From Zootoca vivipara (lineage: Eukaryota), in NCBI RefSeq assembly GCF_963506605.1, contig NC_083281.1, forward strand, positions 48,112,001 to 48,176,000: 64,000 nucleotides of DNA, in the 5' to 3' direction. Positions 46,800-60,377 of the stretch are shown piece after piece (position 1 is the first letter of the stretch; each line of letters opens with the position of its first letter). The position numbers and the translations under genes were made by a program. Under the pieces are notes generated by a model. The model was given only the letters and a program-made list of their open reading frames with translations, made no database searches and was not told the DNA's origin.

Positions 46800-47830
46800 A
46801 AAAGGAGAAGCGAAACGAGGCATTGGAGTGGGAGGAAGAGGGACGGGGACCCGGGACCCCCACCCCCACTCCACCCCACTCCACGGGCCGGCAGCTGCTG
46901 GGAGACAAAGGCGCACCGATGCCTTCAGGTGATGCGCGCAATGGGGGGATTGGAGAGGCGGCCCTCCTTTCGGGTCCTGGGGAGGGGGCAGAGCGCGCTT
47001 ACCCGCCCCTCGCGACACGCCCAAGGCTTTCCCCCAAGCGGCCCTCCAAGGGCTTCCCGCCGCCTCGAGGGGAAGGGAGAGGGCAGCGCCTGCAGCCCCA
47101 GCCCGGTTCGGATTCCGAAGGGCAGCGGAGTCATCCTGGTCCGGAACGGGAGCCGCCCTGGCACCGCCGCTTGTGTTTCGGGGGTCGCTGGAGCCCGCCT
47201 GCCCGGGGAGGGGTCTAGCTGCGCGGGCGCGCCACCCTCCGCAGCACCACTGAGCATGCTCGCAGCCCTTGTCTGTCGGTCTGTCTCTCCCCACCCCCGT
47301 CGCCGCCCGCCCCGCAGACCCTCCCACGCTTCCTCCGCCGCACCGACCAAGCGAGGGCCGAGGAGGAGGAGGAGGGAGCGCAGCCGGGTAGGTACCGGGG
47401 CGGCTGCGGTGGGGTGGAGGAGGGGAACCCCCGGCGGGCGGGATCTCGGGCGGTGGGGGGGGGTTCCCAAGAACAAAAGGCGGTTCTGGGGCTCGCTTTC
47501 CTTGGACAGCTGTGGGCCCACAAAGGGATCCCCTGCAAAGAAGTCTCGGGGAGCCTCAGAGGGGCGAACACTCCGATGATCCTAACAACAGCCCTGCAAG
47601 GAGGGTCGGGCGCAGACAGAGCAGCTGGCCCAAGTCCACCTATCGACCCACGTGCCTATTGCTGAGCAAGGCGTCTGAACCCGGTTCCCCCCCCCCCCGG
47701 CCCCCGTCTGACTCTCGGGGCCTTGTTGAAATCCTGATCTTGAGGATCTCCGTTGCCCAGAGGCAGCTTCAGCTCCGGGGTCTCGCGCAGGGCTTTTGTT
47801 TCTGCGCGAGGTCTTCCGGCAGGTGCTGCT
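46800..47830 (+). promoter_or_regulatory. CpG-island promoter and non-coding exon 1 of MATCAP1
   Basis: Dense CpG and GC boxes; tandem candidate donors CGG|GTAGGT (after 47387) and TAG|GTACCG (after 47391). The first coding exon has an acceptor at 52345/52346. Confidence 0.75.
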
Positions 47831-48629
47831 ATCCAGCTGTGGAGAATGTGTAGGAAACCCAACCTCCAGGATCTATTGTGTGATGGGGAGAGAGCGTGAA
47901 ATCTCGTGGTCCCTGCCTGGTTGAACGGGAGGCTGACGGTGCTTTCAGGGGTCCCTCTGGCATGGAAACCTAACAGTAGCTTCAAGGACCCTTGGTTTAC
48001 ATGCTCTTTCCCACCCGGCACAGAGAATAAGGTCTGGCCTCCCCAAAATCATAGACTAAGTCATGACCACCTTCCTGTCTCCTTGGAGCTGTCCCAGCCC
48101 AAAGTGCTCCTTTTGGGGCACCCTCCAATCACCTGCTTCCCCCACTTGGAGATGAGGAGCCCTGGATTCATGTTGAGACGCAAGGACAAGCAATCATCAG
48201 CTTGCTTATTTGCTCTGCCATAAATAAGGGGAGCAGGTTTGGCAAGAACCACCTTTGGGTTATTCTGGGCAAACCTGTGGAGCCCCTGCAATTCCTGCGG
48301 TCTCCAGGCCATTTGCAGAGCTGATGGGGGCTCAGCCTGGATGGGGCAGCTTCCCTTCCCTTGCTCCAGGGATGCTTCCTACATACAGATGCATTCCTAA
48401 GCTCCTTGTGCCCTTGGCAAGGAGCTGAATCAGCATCTCCCTGCTCCCTGCTCCCTTCAGTAATGATTTGTTGAGAGTCCCCATGAAATATATTGTGTGA
48501 AGGTAGACTCTGCCTTCAGTTGTGGAATTGCACAGATGGTGCAAGTTGTGTGAGTTTGCTGTGCTGTGCTGGGGTTTCCACTAGTCCTCCTGCCACCCCT
48601 TCCCTGCTTGCCTCCTGTCCATTATGATG

Positions 48630-48830
48630 ACATAAGACTCTCCTCTCTGGATCAGGCCAAGGCCTGCCCCAGCCAGTATCCTGTCTCCCAGAGCAGCCAG
48701 CCAGCCAGCCAAGTCTACCTTTGGGAAGCTCAGGAGCAGCTAGCCCCTAAGATCTGAGGTATATTGCTTATGGACATGGAGGCTCCATCCTTAGCTGTCC
48801 TGTTGAATAGTGGCTACTAGACCTGCCCAT
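48630..48830 (-). mobile_element. CR1 3'-end remnant
   Basis: CATAAGA...CTGGATCAGGCCAAGG...CATGGAGGCTCCAT, the same signature as at 5745. Confidence 0.6.
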
Positions 48831-49609
48831 TCTGCTCTTTGACCTCACCCCTTGTCAGCCAGCCCTTTAAAGGTCCCTCTGGCTAGCCAGGTACTCCTGG
48901 GAACCAGGACACAGAGATCCATTTTTGCTTTATGTGATGGGGATCCCTTAAATCAGTTCCCTGTTGCATGCAGAAATCCTTCTTCCTCTTCCTCTCTACT
49001 GTGGCCAAACATGCTGAGTGCCTGACTCAGTTTGGCAGATGCTCAGGGTGGATGGCGGCAGGCTCAGGGGCAGAGCACCCAGTTGCCTTTCAGAAGCACC
49101 CTCGAAGCATCTTCAGATGGGAAGTATTGGTGGATCCTGACAGCTAAGGGTTGTAGCCAGTGTTAGTTCTACTGTGAGTAAGCTTAGGGGGAGGAAGCCC
49201 AAAGCCAGGGGAGAAACCTAGAGCCCATTTTTAGTGCCAATAACCTGGCCATAGAACATGCAAAGTGTAGTCACTACAAGGGTGACTGAACACATACTGA
49301 GAGTCTCCTCCTGCTGCTCCTCCTCACTGAGTAGTGGCAGCCAAGCTCTGCACATCAGACCTGTGGTCCCTCTTCATGTTTTCAGATAATGGGAAGCCTG
49401 TGGGGGTGCTTACTGGGTCACCATCCAGAGCTGCCTCTTGCGAGGAGAACAGGCAAAAGGAGAGATGTTGCTGTTGTCAGCAGCAGCAGAAGCACCCTTC
49501 TGCCCTGCAGCTCGTGAAGTACGTGAGAGCAGACTTGCTGGCTCAGGTCGATGGTACACATTCTAGTCTGGCATCCTGCTTTTACAGTGGCCAACCAGAT
49601 GCCGCAAAG

Positions 49610-51385
49610 GGTAGGATTTCAATGATTAAAATGATGGTGTTACCAAAGCTATTGTTCTTGTTCCAAATGCTCCCAATAATTGGCAAATATGAGATTTTTG
49701 AAAAATGGAGGAAAGCAACACAGAGATCTTGGACATGGAGGGATGGAACAATCGTTTTGGTTGGCACACTTATTTGGTTTATGATAAAGTGGCCGTAAAT
49801 AAGGATTTCCCGAACCATATAATTAGAAAACCCTTATATAAAGTATGGGTAAATTACCGGTGACTACTGGAATGCGGGTGGCGCTATGGGTTAAACCGCT
49901 GAGCCTAGGGCTTGCCAATCAGAAGGTCGGCGGTTCGAATCCCCACGACGGGGTGAGCTCCCGTTGCTCAGTCCCAGCTCCTGCCAACTTAGCAGTTCGA
50001 AAGCACGTCAAAGTGCAAGTAGATAAATAGGTACTGCTACAGCGGGAAGGTAAACAGCGTTTCCGTGTGCTGCTCTGGTTCGCCAGAAGCGGCTTTGTCA
50101 TGCTGGCCACATGACCTGGAAGCTGTATGCCAGCTCCCTCGGCCAATAACGCAAGATGAGCGCCACAACCCCAGAGTCGGTCACGACTGGACCTAATGGT
50201 CAGGGGTCCCTTTACCTTTACTGGAACCAAAGATACCCTGGTGGGTGTTCCCACCAGAGGTATTAGCAGTAAAAAAAATAAACATGGAAAAGAATTGGCC
50301 AACATATCAAGAATTATTAACAAAAGAACATGGTGTCTTAAAATCAAAACCATATGATGGGATTAAGGAATACTGCAATAGCTGGCTAGAATATCATCAA
50401 ATAGACAATCTGTTTAACGAAGGCAAAAAAATAGATTTTGAACAGAAAACTTCTAAACTGCAAAGCAAATTACTGCAGTCAAATAAAAAGATAATATCAA
50501 AAATGTATAATTTTCTCCTTGAGTGAGAATTGAAAGAGGAAGTAATAAAAGAAACAACAATAAAGTGGTCACAAGAAAAATTATGGAGTGTTGACATAAA
50601 TTTTACAGCTTGTTATGTGATAAGAGAAAATATAATGAAAATGTGTTATCGTTGCTACCTTACCCCAGTGAAATTGGCTAAGATTTATAAAAAATATTCA
50701 AATCTTTGTTAGAGATGTAAAGTAGAGTTGGGAACAATGTATCATATGTAGTGGGCGTGTAAGGTGACTAAACAGTTTTGGACTAAGTTACATGAAGAGC
50801 TGAAAAGAATATTTAAGAGCACAATTCTTAAAAATCCAGAAGCATATTTGATGGGTTTAATAACCAATGATATTCCCGAAGACAAAAAGAACATATTCCT
50901 CCAAGGGACAGCAGTGGTGAGACTACTAGTGGCAAAAAATTGGAAAACAGGAAAAATACCAGAAATATCAGAATGGAGAACCAAGTTTTGTGAATTTATG
51001 GCAATGGCAAAATTAATAGCTTCAATTAGAGGCAGCTCCAAGCAAAAAATTAAGAGAGAGTGGGAGTGTGTAGAGACATATATGGAAAAATATGGAAATG
51101 GAAATAAATTTTAATATAAACATAAAAGGAAATCTTCGCAAGCATATAAGATAATATTACAAAGGATAGAATCATTAAGTACAAACAACTGTTAACACAA
51201 CAAAAACCAATAATATAAATACCAATAAGATCGCACATGGGTGAGGGGAAGGTGGTATCTGAAGAATTATTAAGAACCTTTAGGAACGTGATATAAAAGC
51301 CAAATGATATATGTAATTGGAAACATGTTGACTGATTGTGGCTGTAAGCTTTTTATTTTCAAATAAAAATGAATTTTTTTTTAAA
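49610..51385 (+). mobile_element. 5'-truncated L1-clade LINE (ORF2 C-terminus plus 3' UTR), decayed
   Basis: GRISMIKMMVLPKLLFLFQMLP; C-terminal cysteine-rich C*RC...H...WAC motif with stop codons; AT-rich 3' UTR with AATAAA near 51362. Confidence 0.88.
49873..50218 (+). mobile_element. Sauria SINE inserted into the L1
   Basis: Near-identical to 3871-4223 in the opposite orientation; TSD TACTGGAA at 49865-49872 and 50219-50226. Confidence 0.92.
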
Positions 51386-52416
51386 TGGGAAGAAATCCAC
51401 AAGCAGGACCTGAGCACAATATCAGCACTCTCTCCTTCTGCAGTATTCAAAGGCATTACTGAGTTTGTCCATGGAGGCAGGGCAGGGCAGAGCCATTGTG
51501 GCTGGCAGCTGTTGGCAGCCTTCTCCATGAATTTGTCCAAACCTTTTTTTAAACCATTGAAGTTGGTGGCTGTTGCTGTGGAAGTGAGTTCCATCATGTA
51601 GCCGTGTCCTGCCTGAAGAAGTCCTTTCTTCTGGCTGCCTGGAATCTTCCAACATTCAGCTTCATTGGAAGCCCATGGGGTCTGGTCTTATGAGACAAGG
51701 AGGAAAGCTTTTCTCTGTCCACTCTCCATGCCTTTCCTCATTCTTGAAACTTTGACACTGTTGCCTCTTTTTCATCTTGTCTCTAAACTAAAAAGTGCCA
51801 TATGTGGCAAACTTCCCTCACAGGGAGTCGCCCCATCCCATTATAATTTTGGATGCCCTTTTCAAATTCTACAATATTCTTTTTGAGGTTAGGTGGCCAG
51901 AACTTGGCACATTCTTCCATATGAAGTTGCAACATAGATTTGTATAATGGCATTACAATATTAGCAGCTTTATTTTCAATTCCTTTCCTAATGATCCCTA
52001 GCATGAAATTCGTGTTTTTCACAACTGCTGCACACTGGGTCAGCATGTTCACTGAGCCATCTGTTATGACCCCAAGGTCTCAGTTCTGGTAAGACACCAC
52101 CAGTTCAGACCCCACTTGTGAAATTAACAGTCTTTTTGCCCCAACTTCCATCACTTTACACTTGCTTTCACTTGCAATTGCATTTGCTGTTTTACAGCCC
52201 GTTCATTCAGATTGCAGAGGTCCTTGTGGAGCTCTTCAAATTCTCATTTTGTTTTAACAACCCTGATCAAACTTAGCTACCCATGTTTTTTTGTGGGGAA
52301 GGGAATCTTAGCCTGAAGCCTGTGCCTCCTTTTCTTTGCTGCCAGGGCTTCCTCCGAGCAAAAAATCCTCCGAGCTGGCCTGATGACACCCCCTTGGAGG
52401 GCTGCCCCCAAACAAG

Positions 52417-55400
52417 ATGGTTCTGGACTCAGGTCGCCAGTCCTTTCGGCGGCGGGAACAGCAGCCTGATGTCTTTGGTGCTGGCCTGCAACAGCGGAGA
52501 AGTGGGAAGAAGGAGGCCTCTCGTCCCTATGAGGGGCTGCGGGTGCCTCCCTTCTTCTCTCCTTCCCTTTCTCTGGATTCAGACTCCTCCAGCCCGGGCC
52601 AGCGGGCGCCCGCCAAGACCAAGTGCCTCCAGAACCCAGAGCCCCAAGTGCCGCCCCCCATGGGCCTCTGCCCTGCCTTCCAGAATCCCTGCAGCTGGAT
52701 GCGCCGGAGCGAGAGCATCTGCGCAGTGAACCGGAGGGACCGCGCGCGGGGGCAGATCCGCAGTGCCACCTCCCTGCCTCACCTCTCCAAAGCCAAGGCG
52801 GACAGGTGCATCGGGGGCAAGAGGAAAAGTCCCTGCCTGCTGGTGGCCCTGCGGCCGGTGAACGTTGACAAAGAGAGGGAGAAGTTCTTTGGGGCCTGCT
52901 ATGCCTACAACCCCCAGTTCGAATACGCAGAGCCTGTCCCTGAAGCCGTGTTGGAGAAATACAAAGAGGCCTCTGGGCAGTTTATTTCACAGGTAAGAAA
53001 AGTTTCCCCTGCTCCTTCTACTTTTGCTGTTTTCTTCCAAACGGCTGCTCCTCCCTCCACAACCCTTTCACTCTGCTCTGCCGCAAGGAGACTGAGCCAG
53101 CAAGTCTCTGCCTCCCAGAGGGAGGAAAGATGCTTTGGGTCTCAGCAGCAGGAGCGCAGCTGCACCCATCCTGGTATTATACTGTGTGCATCAGTAATCC
53201 TCACAATAACCCTGTAAGGAGCTGGGGGGCAAAATGTTTTGCAGAATCTAGAGGTTCACCTACTTTTCTAGATTCTAGTTTGGCAAGGGGGGGCCAAGGA
53301 GACTCATGCCACTGGAGGGAGAGAGCCTGCTCCGATCCTGGCACACATGAGCACATGCCCCACTCCCCCCAACATCCAGGCAGTGTTTTACTATGGGATG
53401 CCAGGACTCGGGGATCTAAGAGGGTGAAGTTTGAAACTTGGAAATCAGATGCTTCTTTCAGCAGCCCAGGTGCTAGGACCAGTGACAAGCAGCAGGGGTG
53501 AATGGGCTCTCCTACCTGTGCACATTGGGTTGGTCAGAATCATTGCCTCCATATTGCAGGCTGGAGGGCTGAGACTAAGGGAATGGTGGCAGTTTGAAGT
53601 GGGTCTTCTGCTCACAGCTGGTGCTACCCTGTTTTGAGCTGAGCAATCTTTCTACTTCTTCTTTTAGAACTTTTGAGTCCTCTTGTTAATTCTCACAACA
53701 GTCCTCTGAGGGAAGTTGTCCACAGCAGTCTTTCGCAGAGGGGAGCTGAAAGAGATTTGCCAGGCTAGAATGACCAGCTCCTTCAGTTGCCAGACTTTGA
53801 GGAATCACAGAGGCTTGCTGCCTCTGGTTAGCCAGGTCTGCCTGTTGTGGAGCAACATGGCCTCAGTTCTCTGTGTTGAGGGCTGGGCTGCTTAGGGCTT
53901 CCTAGCTGAGGCAGAGGAAGGGGTGATCTCATGATGGCAACCACCAGTCCTTCATGCTCTTCAGTTTGTCTATTTGGTCTACAGGTCATAAATATCCAAG
54001 ATAGTCTCTGGTTATCCAGGGAAATGCATAATGGAGAAAAAGGCAAAACACATGCATACAGATTGTGCCTTTTAAAATAAGCTACAGGAACAATGGAATA
54101 ACTAATGGACAGGCACCTATTATTCAACTTGCTTTAATTTTTAATTCCTACGAAGTTAAAAAGTAGAATGAATCCAGGTTGCCAGCATCTGAAGGACACC
54201 TTCAACTAGCTTGTGTTGGACCTCCATTAACATTATGCGTTAATCTTGACTATATCAGGTGTACTCTCTTCAGGTGTGGGTGGGGAGTTCTTTCTTTGTA
54301 TCTGGTAGCCGAAAAACATTTTAAAAATGTTATTTTAAATGGAAAAAGCAGACAGTTGTGGGTTGAAATTCACTTGCTGTGTGTGTTTCAGGCTATTGGA
54401 ATCATTGACGCTGTGCTGGAGAAATATAGCACCTATGAGAACTTTGAGGCATCCAACGGAGGGAAGTTGCTCAGCAAATGCCAGATCTGGTCCATTGTCA
54501 GGAAGTACATGCAGAAGGAAGGCTGCTCTGGAGAGGTGAGTCCAATGCTGGCCAAAGACCTTTTGCATGATCCCAGGGAGGCACCCTGACAGCCTTTTGC
54601 GCAGTGCCCTTGGAAACCCCCAAATCCTTCCTGCCCCAGGGGTTGCATCCAGCCGTGATGGTGAGGGTGGGAAGCCACATCTGGGACTAGCCCTGGAGAC
54701 TGCATGGACTGACTGGAGTCCTGCCAGGAAGGGAAGGTGCATGGGAGCTCTGCGCTGCTCCTTGCCTGACCTACCTCCCAAGAGCTGTGCTGGGTTTCCT
54801 AAGCAAGCTCAGAATATTGGGGGATAAATGCTAGGATGGTCTTGGTTGTCACATGGATGGATGGGTGGCCTGTGGTTTCCCTCTCCTGTTTCAAAGCTTG
54901 TTCTGCATCCTGGGGCCTCTGATAGAAACTCCCTCACAGCTCAGTTCAGAGTGTAAATACAGGCCCTGCTCCCCAATCTTCTTTTAGGTGGTGGTTCAGC
55001 TGACCGAGGACCTGCTGTCTCAGGCAGTGATGATGGTGGAAAACAGCCGCCCAACTTTAGCCATCAACCTTTCTGGGGCTCGTCAGAACTGGCTGGAGGG
55101 CATGTTGCGCCATGAAATAGGTCAGGATCTGTGAAGAAGGAGCAAAGTTTTGGGACATTCCCCAACCCTCTGTGCTCTGGAAGGGTACAGAACACGGGGT
55201 GGGAGGAGAGTGGAGAATTGTCTGCCAGGAGTTGGAACATCAATTTTTCTTCCAAGGGAAGGATGTACCAGCTGGACTACCCAGCCCTGAACTCTGGCTG
55301 GTTTTGGGAGAGGCCTAATAATTCTGTTCAGTGCCAGAGAGACCTAGAACTCTGAAGAGCAGGAGCGTCTGGGTGCTGACTGGCAGGGGTCTAGTTGTCA

Positions 55401-58030
55401 AATGCTGTCTGGCCGTGAACATCAAGGGAAGGCTCATGTCTAATACAAGTTCCATTATGATTCCACTGCTATATCAGAACAGATTTCAGCTTCATCAGAC
55501 TGAAAGAAGCTGCTTAATAATAAGTTGGGCTTTATCTAGTTTAATGAACTATCAGGGAGCGTGCTGAGGAGGAATGGTGGAAGCTACCACTTCCACCTGC
55601 TCCTGAATCTTCCCAGAAGCAGGAGGACAGATAGATTTGGAACAGTGGTTTGCAGAGGGGCATAGTTCAGAAGGCAGAAGCTGGGAAATACTGTATGGGG
55701 AACAGCCAGAAGAAGAAACACTGGAAGAGAGAGGGTTAACAGATTCACAGTTTCTGGACAGCATTCCTCCACCCAGCCCAAGGTCGAGAAGAGCTCAGAA
55801 AGTCTCAGAACAGAAAGCTCAGAGGGCACAAGCTCAGATTACAAGAGTAGGAGTGATGTAGATTAATAGGGATGGAGGGGGTGTGAGCCTTAATTAGGAG
55901 CACCGCCATTCTGGGTTGACGCTTTCTTTTGTCCTTCACTGTGTTTATTAAAGAAACTAACTGGTAAGAATTCATTTTGTTTGATCTGCTCATTTATGGC
56001 CACGGGGGAGGAAGCCGATTCCCTGAAGACTGACATATAACACATTTTTAAGTGATTAATTTCATGGTTTTCAACTTTCCCAATCTTTAAGGCTTTCTAA
56101 TTTTTCGAGTTGTCATCCAATGCTGTAAAGACATCAGGAGATGGGCAGGGAGTGGTCCCACCCACCTGATAGATCCAGTTCCCTACCCCTGGACACGCAG
56201 CCTAAAACCCAGGACGTGAGTCCTCTTTTGCACTGTGATTCAGTGACCCAGTGAAGGACTGGGAAGTGGGGTGGGGGGCAAAGCTGAGACAAGCCATTTG
56301 TGAAGGAGGAGTCATGATGGGGAAATGCCTCTCCTCTGCCTTAGGCACCCACTACATCCGCGGAGTCAACAATGCCCACCAGCCGTGGCACAGCTCAGAA
56401 GGTCGCCAGCACTACGGCCTGAAGCCGGCGAATCCCACTGAGGAAGGCCTGGCCAGCCTGCACAGTGTCCTCTTCCGCAAGCAGCCCTTCCTGTGGAGGG
56501 CAGCACTTCTCTACTACACCGTCTACCAGGCCAGCCACATGTCCTTCTGCGAGCTCTTCCACGACCTGGAGCGCTACGTGCAGGACCCTGGGGTGCGCTG
56601 GGAATACTGTGTGCGGGCCAAGAGAGGCCAGACAGACACTTCCGAGCCAGGTAAGGGCCTTCGCATGGCGTGAGGATGCTCAATATTGGAGAGATGCAGC
56701 CAGCCCTCAGGGTTCTGGCGGTTGGCCACTTGAGCAGCATTTGCTAAAATTCCTCTGCGATTTAGGACCCCCTTGCTCAGTCCCCACCCTTCACCATCAC
56801 AAGATGATGGCTGGCTGGGGGATGGTGTGTAGGTGACCTGCAAAGGACAGCTCTGCTCTTGGGCACCGATGTGCAGCAGGGCTGGTTTGGGGGCCTCTCC
56901 TGATTGATGGTGCCCTTCAGAATTAGATTCTGATATACTGCAGAACACTAAAAGAAAAGAAAACTCCAAAAGCACAAGGTGACTTCCTGCAAACCTCCAT
57001 TCTTCCAGCCCTCAGGAAGTTCCCTGATTTTGGCAATACTGTATTTGAATTTCTTGCCAGTATTTGGACGTCACTTTGAAAGGAAAACCCTACCCAAAGT
57101 GTCCTGGTTATGCTGGATGTGTCAATGGTTTTTCTCTTTCAGGGTGCTTCAGTAAAGATCAAGTGTACCTGGATGGAATTCTCCGGATCCTGAGACATCG
57201 ACAAACCATCAACTTCCAGCTGCTGGCTGCCCTGGGGAAGGTAACAGTTCTGCCTGCTCTGTGGTCTCCCCCCCCCATGTGTGTGTATTGTGGGGGGCAG
57301 GTACCTTCACCTCCTCCATCTCATAGCCAAGAGGGCTTTTTTTGGCTTCACTTCTGGTGTTTGATCCAGTTGGAGGCAGATGGCTAGAGCAGGAAGAGAC
57401 CAAGAAAGGAGGGAGGTGAGCACAGTCCTCTAACAGTCCTCGGCTAAGAAAACCCATGTTTTCCATCCAAGTGAGGCCCTCCAATTCATCTTTATCTTCC
57501 TCCAAAGGGCATAGAATGTCTATTCTCTCCCAGCTCCCCCTTTACCATTGTAACAGTCCTGTCTCAAAATGGCTGTTTTTAACCCAAGAGGCACTAGGGA
57601 GTTCTGATTGTGAATCTCCCACAATGCATCTGGCTTGGCCCTCAGTAGGTGTCTCCACCAGACTGGCTCTCAGGTGAGGTAAATTTGGTCTGTTACACAA
57701 AGCTCTCTGGTCTTGCAGCAATGATGATGTTTTTTGTACCTCACCCATCTGACTGGGTTGTCCCAGCCACTCTGGGTGGCTTCCAGCAAGAAGATTGAAA
57801 CCTCATCTTTGAATGAGTTGCTAACTTTCAGTTGATCTGTGTGTTTTTTTTTTAAAAAAAATCAGGTCTCCTATGAAGATGTGAGTAAACTTCAGAAATA
57901 TGGGGTGCTGGAGAAGGCTCGAATCCCTCACTTCATGGAGGATCTAGAGAGGTACATGCAGCAGCTCAACCACATTGTCGCAACCAACTGTCTGAATGAC
58001 GAGGAACTGGAACAGCTGCTGCCAGAATGA
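52417..58030 (+). CDS. MATCAP1: Microtubule-associated tyrosine carboxypeptidase 1 (KIAA0895L), 473 aa; join(52417..52992,54392..54535,54988..55120,56345..56650,57143..57240,57866..58030)
   Basis: MVLDSG start; MRRSES and YNPQFEY motifs; zinc motif HEIGTH with downstream TEEGLA; C-terminus ...ELEQLLPE. Six GT-AG exons totalling 1422 nt, in frame. Confidence 0.96.
55550..56035. mobile_element. Possible solo LTR in a MATCAP1 intron
   Basis: TATCAG...CTGACA near-inverted ends, purine-rich body, ATTAAA near 55948. TSD not evident. Confidence 0.4.
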
Positions 58031-59408
58031 GCCGGCCTTTGAGGGGGAAGAGGGAGGGAGGGAGAGGGCTATGGCTCCTCCAGCCTTTGCTGCTGTCACC
58101 CAAGACAGGCTGTGCTGTAATCATGAATAGGCCCTTTGGGGGTCTTCAAAGAAGTTGTTGTGTCAGATTGTGGTCCTGCTGAAAACAGTTTACTGGCTTA
58201 CAGCCTACTATTTATTCTTTATTTATTGGGGTCTCTGGTTGAATATTGGGTGAATGAAGACTGGAATGAGGCAGTCTTCCAGCTATTCAAGGAGAAACCT
58301 TTGCAGGTGGTCTGTTGAGTGTACCAATCTGGAGCCATTTAAAGTAATTTCAAAATGTCTCAAGATACATGGAATGTGGCATGTTCCCTCTTCTGCGGAG
58401 CAGGCTGGCAGTCATCACTTTTGACCCTGCTAAAACAAAAAAGGCAATTCTAAGGGAGGTTGACTGTCCTGTGTTTGCACAAGCCAGTGTGTTTGGTTCA
58501 CCAATTCAACCATTTGACTGAGAAAGAGCAGGTGCAGAGGTCACCAGCTGCCGCAAGGACGTCTTCCAGGGTTTGGCTGCCAAGAATTAGATACAGAACC
58601 CATTTACGCAAAGTTAGAAAATGTCTTCAGGTGTGTTTCATATCCATCTCAGTCAGCTTGCAGCTTTTCAGCAAAACTTGCTTTGTTGCATCAGACAGAG
58701 ATCTTTCTCTCTTGGCCAGCATCTTTTGCTTCCAACTAGGCAGGTGCCTTGGGAGCTCACAAGCCAGGCAATGAGCTGCACTCGACATCTCCTGAATTAC
58801 TTTGAATGCAGCAGGACTCCACAGCCTTGAATGCAGGAAGCTGCTTTCTCTGAAAGACCTGCTGGTCCATGAGTAGAAACAAGTAGTTCCGTCTAGTCCT
58901 TTGACAAAAGTTTTTGTCCAGTGTAAGCAGTTGTCTGTAGTTGGCATGTGCAGTGTGATGGGTGCTTTGGGGTTGCTTCAGCTGTGTTTTTGACAACCAA
59001 ACATGTTTGTGCCCAAGGATTTTGGGAGAGGTGCAGAGAGAGACCGGTGGCCACCTGAGACAGGAGGGAGGCAAGGAAGGGAGGTGTGGGGGGGCAGGTA
59101 ACTTTAGCTTATAAAAGGAAGTGTTTGATAAGCAATGGCAGGTCCTTCGTAAATGGAGCCAAGGACCTTGGTAGTGTTTCTCAAGCAAATAAAATGGGAG
59201 AATCTGAGGAAGCAAAGGTGCACAGGGGCCACCTCTGGGGTCAAGACTGAAGCTGTTGCTTTAACAGTCTCTTCTGGCATTAAGTGAAATATAAATTCAT
59301 TTTAAAACAACCCCTTCCATCCTGTGATGCTACCTGTGCTTCTACACTGTTTGTCAAAGCCATTTCCACTGCTGGGCTCCTTGGTGTAAAACAGATTTTG
59401 CTCCATTC

Positions 59409-59414
59409 AATAAA
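59409..59414 (+). terminator. Candidate MATCAP1 poly(A) signal
   Basis: AATAAA followed by TTTTGTTGTG; an alternative AATAAA lies at 59188-59193. Confidence 0.55.
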
Positions 59415-60273
59415 GACTCTCCTCTGCTTTTGTTGTGCTTAGCTGGGGAGGTTGGCAGAAATCTTCATGCACTGCCAAGCTCAAATCCTTGCTCAGACTG
59501 AAGTGGGAGGGTGACCTTTTTGCTCTCTGAATACTTTGGAAAGAAGTCACACATGCCCGCCCCCACCTTGACTAATGAGAAGGGGCATCTCCCACCGCAC
59601 CCCACGCCATTCCCTTCACTAGTTTCTACTAGCCCTCCAGTAAGCAACCAACAGTCATGAACCTATGGATGATACAACCCACCCCTTTCAATGTAAAGGG
59701 CCTTGGGCAATCCTGACCCCTGGGATCAAATTCTTCCTACCCATGTAGACTTTACCCACCAGGCTGCCTCTGCAACTGCATCAATCTGAAGGCTAAACAG
59801 CAGCCATAGCCATCTCCATAAAATGTGGTAGGATGTGTCAATGCAGATTAAGGATGTCAAGATACTTGCTATCATGTGCCCTTTTTGCCAAGGCTCTGGA
59901 AAACACACCTATCCATCTATAGCTGCCTGTCCTCTTTCATAACTGACAAAATCTCATTCCAAGTGCCCTCCCATTTCCTGAAAGATGGAAGCACATTTAT
60001 AAAATAGGATTTTACTTGGTTGCAGGATTTTTTTCCACCTTGTTTTCTAAGCCACCCCAAAACAGCAAGTTTTGTCCATGGGAATGTTTCTAAACCAGAA
60101 ACATTCAGATCGTGATAAAATATTCAGCTTTTTAAGAGTGGTATTTTGAAGTCCACTCCTCAATTTATACTATGTAAACATGTTCCTCAGTTTTCATGAT
60201 TTACTTCTCAGATTCACGTGTGTTTCTAATCCAATACTTTTAGACAAGCTTAAGTAGGGAAAAGGGTATTGTC

Positions 60274-60307
60274 TTTATTTAAAAACAAAACAACCAGTTA
60301 TTTTATT
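60274..60307 (-). terminator. Tandem CIAO2B poly(A) signals
   Basis: TTTATT on the plus strand at 60274-60279 and 60302-60307, 70-100 nt past the stop. Confidence 0.65.
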
Positions 60308-60377
60308 CACATACAGGTACAAGCTTTTAAGAGCATCTTTTGCTTGTTCCTACCCCAACCCCACCCAGCATGCATTA

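Larger units (their letters stand above)
49522..52282 (-). mobile_element. CR1 3' fragment split by an L1 insertion (pieces about 49522-49609 and 51386-52282)
   Basis: CAGTGGCCAACCAGATGCC before the L1 continues as GGGAAG...CACAAGCAGGACCTGAG after it; ORF 51783..52052(-) MLGIIRKGIENKAANIVMPLYKSM is CR1 ORF2-like. Confidence 0.85.

Noticed and set aside
50245-51114. ORFs of 60-116 aa in MATCAP1 intron 1
   Set aside because: Fragments of a stop-interrupted L1 ORF2.
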